Shown here: positions 29,341 through 39,400 of the stretch, piece after piece
How the letters are laid out: each line of letters starts with the position of its first letter
Position numbering within the stretch: the stretch's first letter is position 1
NCBI GenBank assembly: GCA_943370085.1
Contig: CALRPT020000014.1
Location: 20,857-84,856 of the forward strand
Direction of reading: 5' to 3'
DNA: 64,000 bases
DNA from: Variovorax paradoxus
Lineage (GTDB): Bacteria; Pseudomonadota; Alphaproteobacteria; Rhodobacterales; Rhodobacteraceae
Program-made: the position numbers and the translations under genes
Notes under the pieces: model-generated
What the model saw: the letters and a program-made list of their open reading frames with translations, nothing else
Databases searched by the model: none
Told to the model about the DNA's origin: nothing

Positions 29341-30330
29341 ATGGCGGTAACTCTCAAGGATGTGGCGGAACGCGCGGGTGTCTCGCGCTCGGCCGTGTCG
29401 CGCACCTTCACTGATGGGGCCTCTGTCTCGGCCCGCACACGCGCCAAGGTGGAACAGGCCGCCGAAGACCTCGGCTATGCGCCCAACGCCCTTGCCTCCA
29501 GCCTCACCACAGGCCGGACAAAGCTGATTGGCCTGATCGCCAACAACTTCCACAACCCCCTGATCCTCGAGGTGTTCGACCTTTTCACAAGCGGCTTGCA
29601 GGATCGCGGCCTGCGTCCCCTGCTGGTAAACCTCAGCGGCGCGACAGACCCTGCTGCTTCGGTCCGCATGCTGCGGCAATACTCCGTGGATGGCGTCATC
29701 GTCGCCTCCTCCACCCTGCCCCCCAGTTTTGCCGCCGCCTTCCGGCAGGCAGGCATTCCCGTGGTGCACGCCTTTGGCCGGCCTGCCCCTGCCCCAGAGG
29801 TTCATGTCGTAGGCATCGACAACATCGCCTGTGGGCGCATGGCCGCAACGGCGCTGATCCAGCGCGGCTACACAAATGTTGCCTTCCTCGGCGGACCACA
29901 GGCCGCCACTTCCACGCAAGACCGCGCGGCGGGTTTTCTGGCAGCCCTCGCCGCCCATACCGGTATCACCGTCACCACCAGCTTTGCCAGCGATTACAGC
30001 TTTGATGCCGGCCGGGCCGAGATGCAGCGCCTGCTCACCCAAACCCCCGCCCAGGCCTATTTCTGTGGCGATGACCTGCTCGCCGTCGGCGCAATGAGCG
30101 CGATCGAAGAAGCGGGCCTGACGGTCCCTTCTGACATCGGCCTGATCGGGCTCAATGACATGGAAATGGCCCGCTGGCAGAACATCGGCCTGACCACCAT
30201 CCGCCAGCCGGTCGCGGAAATCATCGATGCCGCCATCGAACTGGTCGTTGCCACCATCGAACACCCCGAACGCCCGCCCGAGGTGCGCCTGTTTCCCTGC
30301 AGCGTGATCGACCGCCGCTCACTGCGCTAG
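29341..30330 (+). CDS. LacI family transcriptional regulator, candidate inositol-locus repressor
   Basis: MAVTLKDVAERAGVSRSAVSRTFTDG. The track ORF is over-extended at its 5' end. The gene flanks the iol genes. Confidence 0.8.
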   Translation: MAVTLKDVAERAGVSRSAVSRTFTDGASVSARTRAKVEQAAEDLGYAPNALASSLTTGRTKLIGLIANNFHNPLILEVFDLFTSGLQDRGLRPLLVNLSGATDPAASVRMLRQYSVDGVIVASSTLPPSFAAAFRQAGIPVVHAFGRPAPAPEVHVVGIDNIACGRMAATALIQRGYTNVAFLGGPQAATSTQDRAAGFLAALAAHTGITVTTSFASDYSFDAGRAEMQRLLTQTPAQAYFCGDDLLAVGAMSAIEEAGLTVPSDIGLIGLNDMEMARWQNIGLTTIRQPVAEIIDAAIELVVATIEHPERPPEVRLFPCSVIDRRSLR

Positions 30331-30342
30331 CGCAGCCCCGCC

Positions 30343-31476
30343 TTACCGAAACATCGGCGGGCGCGCATCCATCCACTGCCCCCCGGCCTTGGCCGAGGCG
30401 ACAGCCGTGTGAACCGCCGCCATCGACCGCACGCCGCTGGCCGCCGTGGGCAAACCGTCCCGCACCTGCCCACGGATCGCATCGGCCAGATCGCAATAGA
30501 TATTGGCCACCGCCAGCGGGAAGCCTTCGGGATGGGCAATCGCCACCCGGCTCAGCCGCTTGGCCTCTTCATAAAGCCCGCCCTCGCCCTTCTCCATGAT
30601 CTGCGTCCGCCCGCCCACGGGGGTATAGATCAACTGGTTGGGCTGCTCCGACGCCCAACGGAACCCGCCGGTTTCGCCAAACACCTGAATGTCGAACCCA
30701 TGCTGCCGCCCGATCGCAACCGACGATGTCCACAGCCGCCCGACCGTCCCCTTGGACATGCGGAAGTTCACCATCGCATCATCCTCCAGCACGCGGCTGG
30801 AAATGGTGGATGCGAAATCCGCCGACAGCTTTTCCACCTCATCATCACAGATAAAGCTCGCCATATGCAGCGCATGGATGCCGCAATCGGCAAACTGCCC
30901 CGACACCCCCGCCATCGCCGGATCATAGCGCCAACGCACGCGCGGATTGTCGGCATCTGTCGCATCGCCATGATGGCCGTGGCTGAAATTCGTCACCACC
31001 AGCCGCACCTTGCCGATATCCCCCGCCCGCACCATCGCGCGCGCCTGCCGCACCATCGGGTAGGCGGAATAGCAATAATTCACCGCGCAGATCTTGCCCG
31101 TGCGCGCGGCCACCCGGACGATCTCCTCGCCCTCTTTCACCGTCATCGTCATCGGCTTTTCACACAGCACGTTGAACCCGGCTTCCAGAAAGGCCTTGGT
31201 GATCTCGAAATGCGTGGAATTGGGCGTGGCCACCGTCACCAGATCGACCCGATCCTCCCGACCCCGCTCGCCCGCCAGCATCTCGGTCCAGTCGCCATAG
31301 GCGCGGTCCGCCGCTATGCCCAAGCGCTGCGCATAGTCCCGCCCCGCTTCAGGCCGATGATCCAGCGCCCCGGCGGCAAAGGCAAAATGCCCATCCGCCA
31401 GCGCCCCCAATCGATGCGCGGGTCCAATCTGGCTGCTCTCGCCACCGCCGATCATGCCCCAGTTCAGCTTTTTCAT
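30343..31476 (-). CDS. Gfo/Idh/MocA family oxidoreductase (possible inositol/inosose dehydrogenase)
   Basis: MKKLNWGMIGGGESSQIG...VLCEKPMT. It is the last gene of the minus-strand iolE operon. Confidence 0.8.
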   Translation of the reverse strand: MKKLNWGMIGGGESSQIGPAHRLGALADGHFAFAAGALDHRPEAGRDYAQRLGIAADRAYGDWTEMLAGERGREDRVDLVTVATPNSTHFEITKAFLEAGFNVLCEKPMTMTVKEGEEIVRVAARTGKICAVNYCYSAYPMVRQARAMVRAGDIGKVRLVVTNFSHGHHGDATDADNPRVRWRYDPAMAGVSGQFADCGIHALHMASFICDDEVEKLSADFASTISSRVLEDDAMVNFRMSKGTVGRLWTSSVAIGRQHGFDIQVFGETGGFRWASEQPNQLIYTPVGGRTQIMEKGEGGLYEEAKRLSRVAIAHPEGFPLAVANIYCDLADAIRGQVRDGLPTAASGVRSMAAVHTAVASAKAGGQWMDARPPMFR

Positions 31477-31488
31477 GTCAAACGCCCC

Positions 31489-32379
31489 TCAAAACCCGAT
31501 AGAGGAAAGGTATTCGCGGTTCTTCCGCGCGTCATCCACAGGGCGCACATCCAGCGTCGGATCGCAATCCTGCTCCACCGTGCACCACCCCTCAAAACCC
31601 GCCTCCAGCAGGATCTGCCGTACGGCGGGGAAATCCACATCCCCCTTGCCCAGATTGCAGAAAATCCCCTGCCCGCAGGCGTCATAGAACCCCGTCCCCT
31701 TGGCAATCACATCCGCCTTAACAACAGGGTCTATATCTTTGAAATGCATATAGGAAATCCGTCCGATATGCCGCCGCATGAAGGCCACCGGATCAAAGCC
31801 CGCATAGGAATGATGCCCGGTGTCGAAACAGATCTTCAGGATGCTCTCATCCACCTCATCCAGCAGCCGCTCCAGCTCCGGCTCAAAATCGATGAACCCC
31901 GCCGCATGGGCATGAATGCCCACCGTCAGCCCATACTCCTCGGCCCCCATCCGCGCCACCGTGGCGATCCGGTCGCGGAACGCCGCCCATTCGGCCGCGT
32001 CCATCTGCTCGGCCGCATCCGCCCGCCCGGCTGTCGGTGCCCGGCGCGGAGAGATGGAATCGATCAGCACCAGATGCCGCGCCCCATGCGCCACCAGCGC
32101 CCGGCACGTCCGCTGTGCTGCATCCATTACCTCGTCCCACTTGGCCGGATCATGGAACGGGCGGAACACTACCCCCCCGATCAACTCCTGCCCGAACTCC
32201 TCCAGCGCCTCGCCCAGCACATCCGGATCTTCCGGCATGAACCCGATGGGGCCCAACTCGATCCCGCGATAGCCCGCATCGCGGCAATCGCTCAACACCT
32301 GCCTCCATGGCGGATTGCGTGGGTCGCCTGCGAATTCCACACCCCAGGAACAGGGCGCATTGCCAATCCGTATGGTCAT
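31489..32379 (-). CDS. iolE: myo-Inosose-2 dehydratase (xylose-isomerase-like TIM barrel)
   Basis: MTIRIGNAPCSWGVEFAGDPRNPPW. Start trimmed to the ATG at 32379. Confidence 0.75.
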   Translation of the reverse strand: MTIRIGNAPCSWGVEFAGDPRNPPWRQVLSDCRDAGYRGIELGPIGFMPEDPDVLGEALEEFGQELIGGVVFRPFHDPAKWDEVMDAAQRTCRALVAHGARHLVLIDSISPRRAPTAGRADAAEQMDAAEWAAFRDRIATVARMGAEEYGLTVGIHAHAAGFIDFEPELERLLDEVDESILKICFDTGHHSYAGFDPVAFMRRHIGRISYMHFKDIDPVVKADVIAKGTGFYDACGQGIFCNLGKGDVDFPAVRQILLEAGFEGWCTVEQDCDPTLDVRPVDDARKNREYLSSIGF

Positions 32380-32386
32380 GATGTCC

Positions 32387-33502
32387 TCACTCGCTGGGCA
32401 CGCTGTGCCAAAGCCCGTCTTCTGACGCCTGAAACGCCGTGTCGATGATCGCCGATACCGCCAGCCCATCGCGGAAGGTGGGCCAGACCGCGCGGCCCGT
32501 GGCGATCGCCTGCAGGAAATCCCGCGCCTCGATGATGATCTGGTCCTGATAGCCGGTGCCATGGCCGGGGCCCTGACAGAAGGCCAGATAATTGGGATGG
32601 TAAGGCCCCGTCAGAATTTTCGTGAATCCCCGCGTCGCCTCCGGCCCCTCGGCCCTGTACAGCCAGACCGCGTTCTGATCTTCCTGATCAAACCGGATCG
32701 CGCCCTGTGTGCCATGGATTTCATAGGCATAGCCCATCTTCCGCCCGGTCGCCACGCGGCTCACGAACAGATGCCCCATCACACCCGACGCGAAACGCAG
32801 CATCATCTGCGCGTGATCGTCATTGTCCACCGCCACCGGCCCATCCGGCCCCGGTCGCGTCGCATGCACCGTCTCGATCCGCGCCGAAACCTCCGCCACC
32901 GGCCCCATCAGCGCCAAGAGGCAGTTGATCGGATGCGGCGCCAGATCGCCCATCGTGCCATTCGCCCGCCCCGTCGTGCGCCATGTCGCAGGCAACTCGG
33001 GGTCGGCCAGAAAATCCTCGGTATGCTCGCCGCGAAACCACGTCACCCGGCCAATCGCGCCCTCGTCCAGCAACTGCTTCACAAACTGCGTGGCAGGCGT
33101 GCGCACATAATTGAACCCGATCATATTGGGCAGCCCGGATGCCTCCGCCGCCGCCACCATCGCCCGCGCATCGGCCAGCGATGCCCCCAGCGGCTTTTCG
33201 CAAAACACCGGCTTTCCCGCCGCAAAGGCCGCCTCGGCAATCGCCCGATGGGTCTCTTGCGGCGAGGCGATCACCACCGCCCCCACCCGCGGGTCGTCCA
33301 CCACATCCTGCCAACGCGCCGCCGCCCGAGCAAACCCATAGGCCCGCGCATAGCGCTCGGCCGAGGCGCGGCTGGTCGCCGCGATCATCTCCAACCGGGG
33401 CCGCAACGCGGTGTCAAACACCGCCCCCACGGCGGAATAGGCCACCGCATGGGCCTTGCCCATATAGCCGCCACCGATCAACCCGATCCCGATCTCTGCC
33501 AC
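32387..33502 (-). CDS. Gfo/Idh/MocA family oxidoreductase (candidate myo-inositol dehydrogenase)
   Basis: VAEIGIGLIGGGYMGKAH...VFCEKPLG. I chose the GTG at 33502, which has GGGGAGG 6 nt upstream. Confidence 0.75.
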   Translation of the reverse strand: MAEIGIGLIGGGYMGKAHAVAYSAVGAVFDTALRPRLEMIAATSRASAERYARAYGFARAAARWQDVVDDPRVGAVVIASPQETHRAIAEAAFAAGKPVFCEKPLGASLADARAMVAAAEASGLPNMIGFNYVRTPATQFVKQLLDEGAIGRVTWFRGEHTEDFLADPELPATWRTTGRANGTMGDLAPHPINCLLALMGPVAEVSARIETVHATRPGPDGPVAVDNDDHAQMMLRFASGVMGHLFVSRVATGRKMGYAYEIHGTQGAIRFDQEDQNAVWLYRAEGPEATRGFTKILTGPYHPNYLAFCQGPGHGTGYQDQIIIEARDFLQAIATGRAVWPTFRDGLAVSAIIDTAFQASEDGLWHSVPSE

Positions 33503-33529
33503 GGAAAGCCTCCCCGCTTTCAACCAGTA

Positions 33530-33545
33530 TTGCAACCGGTTGCAA
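33530..33545. promoter_or_regulatory. Perfect 16-bp palindrome TTGCAACCGGTTGCAA, LacI-type operator candidate
   Basis: Lies in the 110-bp divergent gap between the Gfo/Idh/MocA-iolE operon and iolD. Confidence 0.6.
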
Positions 33546-33612
33546 AAGATGTATCCTGCCCCTCCAGAACACGCAAGCCCCGTTTCGCGGGCGGCACCAC
33601 TTGGGGGGAAAC

Positions 33613-35484
33613 ATGACCGGATCAGAGGGCAGCATCAAGCTGACCGTGGCGCAGGCCATCGTCCGCTTCCTGATGAACCAGTTCATCGAAATCGACGGTG
33701 TGGAAACCCGCATCTGCGGCGGCGGCTTCGGCATCTTCGGCCATGGCAACGTGCCGTGCCTGGGCGAGGCGCTCTATCCCGTCCGCGACGACCTGCCCCT
33801 CTATCGCGGGCAAAACGAAGAAAGCATGGGCTTCGCCGCCGCAGCCTATGCCAAGTACCACCTGCGCCGCCGCTTCATGTTCTGTACCGCCAGCGCAGGC
33901 CCCGGCACCGCCAACCTGCTCACCGCCGCCGCCCTTGCCCATGCCAACCGCCTGCCGATGCTCATGCTTTGCGGCGACACCTTCCTCACCCGCCTGCCCG
34001 ATCCCGTGCTGCAACAGCTCGAACACTTCAACAACCCGACGCTGGGCGTGAACGACGCGTTCAAGGCCGTCTCTCGCTACTGGGACCGCATCACCCACCC
34101 CGCCCAGATCCTGCAATCCCTGCCCGCTGCGCTGGCAACCATGCTGGACCCTGCCGATTGCGGCCCCGCCTTCCTTGGCCTGCCACAGGATCTGCAAGGC
34201 TGGTCCTATGACTACCCCGCCGCCTTCTTCGCCCGCCGCGTCCACCGCATCCGCCGCCAATCGCCCGACATGGCCGAAATCCACGACGCCGCCGCCCTCC
34301 TGCGCGCCGCCAAACGACCCGTCATCGTCGCAGGCGGCGGCGTGCAATATTCCGGCGCGGTCGCAGAACTCACCGCCTTCGCCGAGGCGCACAATATCCC
34401 CGTGGTGGAAACCATCGCAGGCCGCGCCAACCTCTTGGCCACCCACCCCCTCAACATCGGCCCCCTTGGCGTGACAGGCTCCGACAGCGCCAACACCATC
34501 GCAGGTGCCGCCGATGTCGTCCTCGCCATCGGCACCCGCTTGCAGGATTTCACCACCGGCTCATGGACAGTCTTCGCCCCTGACGCCCGCCTTATCGGCC
34601 TGAACGCAGGCCGCCACGACGCGGCCAAGCACCTCTCCCTCCCCGTCGTGGGCGATGCCAAACTTGGTATCCAGGCTCTGAGCACCGCCCTCGCCACCCA
34701 CCGCGCCCCCGCCGACTGGGTGGCACAGGCCCAATCCGAACGCCGCACATGGGATGCCTACGTCGCCGCCAACACGGCCCCCGGCAACCGCCCCAACTCC
34801 TATGCCCAGGCCATCGGCGTGGTGAACGCCCACTGTCACCCGCGCGACCGCATCGTCACCGCCGCAGGCGGCCTGCCGGCCGAGGTCACCGCAAACTGGC
34901 GCACCCTCGGCATCGGTACCGTCGATGTGGAGTTTGGCTTCTCCTGCATGGGCTACGAAATCGCAGGCGGCTGGGGCGCCCGCATCGCGCAATCCGAGGC
35001 TGAACCCGACCGCGATACCATCGTCTTCGTCGGCGACGGCAGCTATCTGTTGATGAACTCCGACATCTATTCCTCTGTTCTCACACAGAAAAAGCTGATC
35101 GTCCTCCTCCTCGACAATGGCGGCTTCGCCGTTATCAACAAGCTGCAGAACAACACCGGACAAGACAGCTTCAACAACCTTATCGCCGATTGCCCTACCG
35201 TCCCCGACCCCTTCCTCGTGGATTTCGAAGCCCACGCCCGCGCCATGGGGGCCATAGCGGAAACCGTCGCCAACCCCACTGAGCTGGCCGCCGCCTTCCA
35301 ACGCGCCAAAGCTGCCCCCAAAACCACCGTCATCGTGATGAAGGTCGATCCCTATGAGGGCTGGACAACCCAAGGCCACGCCTGGTGGGAAATCGGCACG
35401 GCTGAGGTCTCCCCCACCGAAACCGTCCGCGCCAAACATACGGAAGTCGAATCCGGCCGCGCGGCCCAAAGGCCCGGCATCTGA
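33613..35484 (+). CDS. iolD: 3D-(3,5/4)-trihydroxycyclohexane-1,2-dione acylhydrolase (ThDP enzyme)
   Basis: MTGSEGSIKLTVAQAIVRFLMNQFIEIDGVE...GFGIFGHGNV. The track ORF is over-extended at its 5' end. Confidence 0.85.
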   Translation: MTGSEGSIKLTVAQAIVRFLMNQFIEIDGVETRICGGGFGIFGHGNVPCLGEALYPVRDDLPLYRGQNEESMGFAAAAYAKYHLRRRFMFCTASAGPGTANLLTAAALAHANRLPMLMLCGDTFLTRLPDPVLQQLEHFNNPTLGVNDAFKAVSRYWDRITHPAQILQSLPAALATMLDPADCGPAFLGLPQDLQGWSYDYPAAFFARRVHRIRRQSPDMAEIHDAAALLRAAKRPVIVAGGGVQYSGAVAELTAFAEAHNIPVVETIAGRANLLATHPLNIGPLGVTGSDSANTIAGAADVVLAIGTRLQDFTTGSWTVFAPDARLIGLNAGRHDAAKHLSLPVVGDAKLGIQALSTALATHRAPADWVAQAQSERRTWDAYVAANTAPGNRPNSYAQAIGVVNAHCHPRDRIVTAAGGLPAEVTANWRTLGIGTVDVEFGFSCMGYEIAGGWGARIAQSEAEPDRDTIVFVGDGSYLLMNSDIYSSVLTQKKLIVLLLDNGGFAVINKLQNNTGQDSFNNLIADCPTVPDPFLVDFEAHARAMGAIAETVANPTELAAAFQRAKAAPKTTVIVMKVDPYEGWTTQGHAWWEIGTAEVSPTETVRAKHTEVESGRAAQRPGI

Positions 35485-36464
35485 TGGCTGATCTCGCGCG
35501 TCTTTCGGGCAGAAACTTCCTCGTCATCGGCCGCGCCGGGATGGACCTGTACGCCGATCCCCCCGGCACGCGCGTTGAGGACGCCACCCGCTTCACCGCC
35601 GCCCTCGGCGGCTCCTCGGCCAACATCGCCGTGGGTCTGGTCAAGCAGGGCTGCCGCGCCGCCCTCCTGACCTGCATCTCCGATGATGCCGTGGGCCGCT
35701 TCTGCCGCGCCGAACTCACCTGCTACGGTGTCGATCACACCCATGTCCGCGCCGTGGGCGGTGAGGCGCGTAATAGCCTCGCCGTCGTCGAAACGCGGCT
35801 GGAAAACTGCCAATCCGTCATCTACCGCAACAACGCCGCCGATTTCGCGATGACCGAGGCGGACGTCGACCCCGTCGATTACGCCGCCTTCTCCGCCCTC
35901 ATCACAACCGGCACCGTCCTCGCCGCGGAACCCTCCCGCAGCGCCACCTTCCGCGCCTTCGCCCTCGCCCGCGCGGCTGGCCTGCCCTTGATCTTCGATG
36001 TGGACTACCGCCCCTATTCCTGGCCCTCCGCCGCCGTCGCCTCCGAGGTCTACTCAAAAGCCGCCGCCCTCTGCGACGTAATCATCGGCAATGACGTGGA
36101 ATTCGGCTTCATGGCGGGCGATCCCGACAAGGGCCTCACCAAAGCACGAAGCCTCATCACAGACGGCGCACAGATCGTCATCTACAAGATGGGTGAAAAG
36201 GGCGCGATCACCCTCACGCCCGAGGGCGAATTCGCCACCGGCATCTATCCCACCGCCGCCCTCAAACCCACCGGCGCGGGCGACAGCTTTCTGGCCGCCT
36301 TCACCGCTGCGCTGGCCACCGGCCAGCCCCTCCACCACGCCGTCCTGCGCGGCTCCGCCGCCGCCGCGATGGTCGTGGCCCGCGTCGGCTGCGCCCCCGC
36401 GATGCCAACGACAACCGAGCTTGACGAATTCCTCACCCAACATCCCGGCCCGACAAGCGGCTGA
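35484..36464 (+). CDS. iolC: 5-dehydro-2-deoxygluconokinase (PfkB family)
   Basis: FLVIGRAGMDLYADPPG...GGSSANIAVGL...GAGDSFLAAF. TGATG overlap with iolD. Confidence 0.8.
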   Translation: MADLARLSGRNFLVIGRAGMDLYADPPGTRVEDATRFTAALGGSSANIAVGLVKQGCRAALLTCISDDAVGRFCRAELTCYGVDHTHVRAVGGEARNSLAVVETRLENCQSVIYRNNAADFAMTEADVDPVDYAAFSALITTGTVLAAEPSRSATFRAFALARAAGLPLIFDVDYRPYSWPSAAVASEVYSKAAALCDVIIGNDVEFGFMAGDPDKGLTKARSLITDGAQIVIYKMGEKGAITLTPEGEFATGIYPTAALKPTGAGDSFLAAFTAALATGQPLHHAVLRGSAAAAMVVARVGCAPAMPTTTELDEFLTQHPGPTSG

Positions 36465-36474
36465 AAGGACCCCC

Positions 36475-37332
36475 ATGCATATCGCCCCGCATGACAACGC
36501 AAACCGCCCCATCGTCGACCGTGACGATCCGCTGGTCCCGCTGGTCTATTTCAACATCATCCGATTGAAGGCCGGCGAAACCTTCGATTATCGCACCCCC
36601 GGTTACGAGACCTGCATCGTCCCCGCCACCGGCACGGTCACCGTCGAGACAATGGGCGAAACCTTCACCGACATCGGCCATCGCGGCGTGGATGTCTGGG
36701 ATGGCGAACCCGAAGGCGTCTACATCCCCACCGATGCCGCCACCCGCATCACCGCCCGCACGGATACGGAAACCTTCATCGCCGGGGCCAAATTCACCGA
36801 AACCCTCCGCCCCTTCGCCGTCCGCGCCAAGGATATCGACAAGGTCCAATACGGGTCGGACGACACCAAAACCCACCGCAAGATCAAGCACATCCTCGGC
36901 GCCGCCTACCATGACCGCGTCGGTCGCCTGCTCGTCTCGGAACTCTACACCGTCGGCCAAGGCGGCTGGTCCGGCTTCCCCTCCCACAAGCACGACACTG
37001 ACCGCCGCGATCCCGCCACCGGGGACCTCATCGAAACCCGCCACGACGAATGCTACAACTTCCGCTTCCGCCCCGACTATGGCTCTGGCCTGCAAATGCT
37101 CCAGCGCGTGGATAACGAACCCGGCGATGCCTATCACATCATGAACCGTTCCACGATCCTGATCGACAAGGGCTATCACCCCTGCGCCGTCCTGCCGGGG
37201 TATGAGATGTATTACTTCACCATCCTTGGCGGCCAAAGCCAGCGCAGCCTGAAGCAATACTTCCAACCCACCCACGCCGCCCAGCTTCACACCATCCCCG
37301 GCATCATGGACATGGTGGCCAAGTTCAAATGA
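36475..37332 (+). CDS. iolB: 5-deoxy-glucuronate isomerase
   Basis: MHIAPHDNANRPIV...GGWSGFPSHKHD. Cupin type, 285 aa. Confidence 0.8.
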   Translation: MHIAPHDNANRPIVDRDDPLVPLVYFNIIRLKAGETFDYRTPGYETCIVPATGTVTVETMGETFTDIGHRGVDVWDGEPEGVYIPTDAATRITARTDTETFIAGAKFTETLRPFAVRAKDIDKVQYGSDDTKTHRKIKHILGAAYHDRVGRLLVSELYTVGQGGWSGFPSHKHDTDRRDPATGDLIETRHDECYNFRFRPDYGSGLQMLQRVDNEPGDAYHIMNRSTILIDKGYHPCAVLPGYEMYYFTILGGQSQRSLKQYFQPTHAAQLHTIPGIMDMVAKFK

Positions 37333-38174
37333 CTCTGGTCACCCTCACGCAAGTCCTGCAACCCGCCCTCGCACAGGGCTATGCCGTCCCCGGCCTTGTG
37401 TGCCTCGGCTGGGAAGACATGCGCGCCTACGTCACCGCCGCGCAGGCCGAACAGGCCCCGATCATCCTGCAGGCAGGCCCCGGCTGCCGCGCCCATACGC
37501 CCATCCCCGTCCTCGCCGCCATGTTCCGCCAACTCGCCGCCAGCATCGATGTCCCCGTCGTCGCCCATCTCGACCACGCCCATAGCCTCGACGAATGCAA
37601 AGCCGCCCTTGACGCGGGATTCACATCGGTGATGTTCGATGGCTCTCGCCTGCCGCTCGAAGAAAACATCGCCAAGACCTCTGCCGTCGCCACACTCGCC
37701 CATGCCGCAGGCGCCTCCTGCGAAGGCGAGATCGGCTTCGTCGGCTACGCCCAAGGCGCGGCCTCCGAAGGCACCGACCCGGAGGAAGCCGCCCGCTTCG
37801 CCAAAGAGACAGGCGTCGACGCCATGGCCATCTCCGTGGGCAACGTCCACCTGCAACAGACCCCCGGCGCGGGGCTCGACCTCGCGCGCCTCGACGCGAT
37901 CCAAAAGCTCACCACCGTCCCACTCGTCATCCACGGCGGCTCCGGCGTCCCGCCCGCCCAACGCGCCGACCTCGCCGCCCGCACCCATATCTGCAAGTTC
38001 AACATCGGCACCGAACTGCGCCAGATCTTCGGCCAATCGCTCCGCGCCAGCCTCGCCCAGCACCCCGACCGCTTCGACCGGATCGAGATCCTGCGCGAAA
38101 CCGAGGCCCCCCTCACCGCCGCCGCCCGCGCCGTCATCCGCAGCATGGGCGCCGCAGGCCGCGCTACCCGTTAG
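37329..38174 (+). CDS. iolJ: Class II ketose-bisphosphate aldolase family protein (IolJ-like 5-dehydro-2-deoxyphosphogluconate aldolase)
   Basis: AVPGLVCLGWEDMRAY...VVAHLDHAHSLDEC...HGGSGVP. ATGA overlap with iolB. Confidence 0.65.
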   Translation: MTLVTLTQVLQPALAQGYAVPGLVCLGWEDMRAYVTAAQAEQAPIILQAGPGCRAHTPIPVLAAMFRQLAASIDVPVVAHLDHAHSLDECKAALDAGFTSVMFDGSRLPLEENIAKTSAVATLAHAAGASCEGEIGFVGYAQGAASEGTDPEEAARFAKETGVDAMAISVGNVHLQQTPGAGLDLARLDAIQKLTTVPLVIHGGSGVPPAQRADLAARTHICKFNIGTELRQIFGQSLRASLAQHPDRFDRIEILRETEAPLTAAARAVIRSMGAAGRATR

Positions 38175-39400
38175 CCCAGCCCGAACACCCGGCTCAGATG
38201 CGCGCGCACCGCAGCATCCGGCGTCACTTCCATCGCCCGCCGCGCCGCTGACCCTGCGCCCGCCCCATCCCGCATGTCCCGCAGGCAATGCGCCCGCACC
38301 ACCAATGCCGCCTGATACCCTTCGCGCGCCGCCAACGGCAGCTCGTCCAGCAGCGCCAAGGCTCCCGCCACATCCCCCGCTTCGCGCCGGATCGCGGCAT
38401 GGGCCACCGCGCCCCCGACCGTGGGATGAAACCGCGCCAGCATCCCGTAAAGCGTGTCCAGCGCCGCAATGTTCAACCGCCCCGTGATTCCCCGCTGCGC
38501 ATGCACTGACTGGATGGCCGCCTCGCATTGAAACCGCCCGAACCGCCCCGCCCGCGCGGCGGCCACCAGCAACCCTTCCGCCTCCACGATCAAGTCGCGG
38601 TCCCACAGCGTGGGGTCCTGCTCCGACAGGGCCACGAACCGCCCCGCCCCATCCCGCCGCGCGCGCCGTCGCGCATGGGCATGCAGCATCAGCGCCAGCA
38701 AACCCTTCACCTCCGGCTCCTCGGGCATCAGAACCAGCAGCACCCGCGCCAGATGGATCGCCTCCTCCGGTAGGCCCACATCCGCCGCAGGTCCCGCCTC
38801 CCACCCCGTGCCAAAGGCGGCATAGATCGCCTCCAGCACATCCGCCAACCGCTCCTGTATGTCCTCCGCCTCCGGCACGGCAAAGCGTAACCCCGTCTCA
38901 CGGATACGCGCCTTGGCCCGCACCAGCCGCTGCCCCATCGTGGCCGCAGGCACCAGAAACGCCGCCGCAATCCGCGCCGCGTCCAGCCCCAGCACCGTCT
39001 GCAACATCAACGGTGCGCGTGCGCCTGCATCAATCGCCGGATGCGCGCAGACAAACATCAGCGCCAGCCGCGCATCGCCCAAACCGGGCTCTGGTGCCGC
39101 GCGCTCCTGCGTCACCCGGATCACATCCGCCACCGCCGCAGCCTGCACCCGGTCATGTCGATAGACATTCGCCAACCCGTTCCGCGCCGCGGTCACCAGC
39201 CAGCCCTCCGGATTGTCCGGCACACCCTGCCGCGGCCACACCTCCAGCGCGCGCGCAAAGGCCGCCGCCAGCGCCTCCTCTGCCAAAGCCACATCCCGCG
39301 TACGCGCCGCTAGGATTGCCACCAGACGCCCATAGGATAACCGAGCCGCCCGCTCGGCAGCTTCCCCCGCAGCAGCGGACGGCGCAGTCGCCACGCTCAA
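38171..39400 (-). CDS. ECF-type RNA polymerase sigma factor with a ~220-aa C-terminal extension (ECF42-like)
   Basis: Sigma region 2 (GRLVAILAARTRDVALAEEAL...GWLVTAARN), region 4 (LGLDAARIAAAFLVPAATMGQRLVRAKARI), then a long helical extension. The TTGA start/stop overlaps the YciI gene. Confidence 0.8.
   Translation of the reverse strand: MSVATAPSAAAGEAAERAARLSYGRLVAILAARTRDVALAEEALAAAFARALEVWPRQGVPDNPEGWLVTAARNGLANVYRHDRVQAAAVADVIRVTQERAAPEPGLGDARLALMFVCAHPAIDAGARAPLMLQTVLGLDAARIAAAFLVPAATMGQRLVRAKARIRETGLRFAVPEAEDIQERLADVLEAIYAAFGTGWEAGPAADVGLPEEAIHLARVLLVLMPEEPEVKGLLALMLHAHARRRARRDGAGRFVALSEQDPTLWDRDLIVEAEGLLVAAARAGRFGRFQCEAAIQSVHAQRGITGRLNIAALDTLYGMLARFHPTVGGAVAHAAIRREAGDVAGALALLDELPLAAREGYQAALVVRAHCLRDMRDGAGAGSAARRAMEVTPDAAVRAHLSRVFGLG

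Noticed and set aside
38161-38280. An apparent 1-nt offset or frameshift at the convergent 3' ends of the iolJ-like gene and the ECF sigma gene when I indexed the printed bases by hand.
   Set aside because: The supplied ORF track is continuous in three independent frames across this stretch. My hand indexing agrees with the track on both sides (37639 and 38288). I therefore treat it as my own reading error and use the track coordinates.
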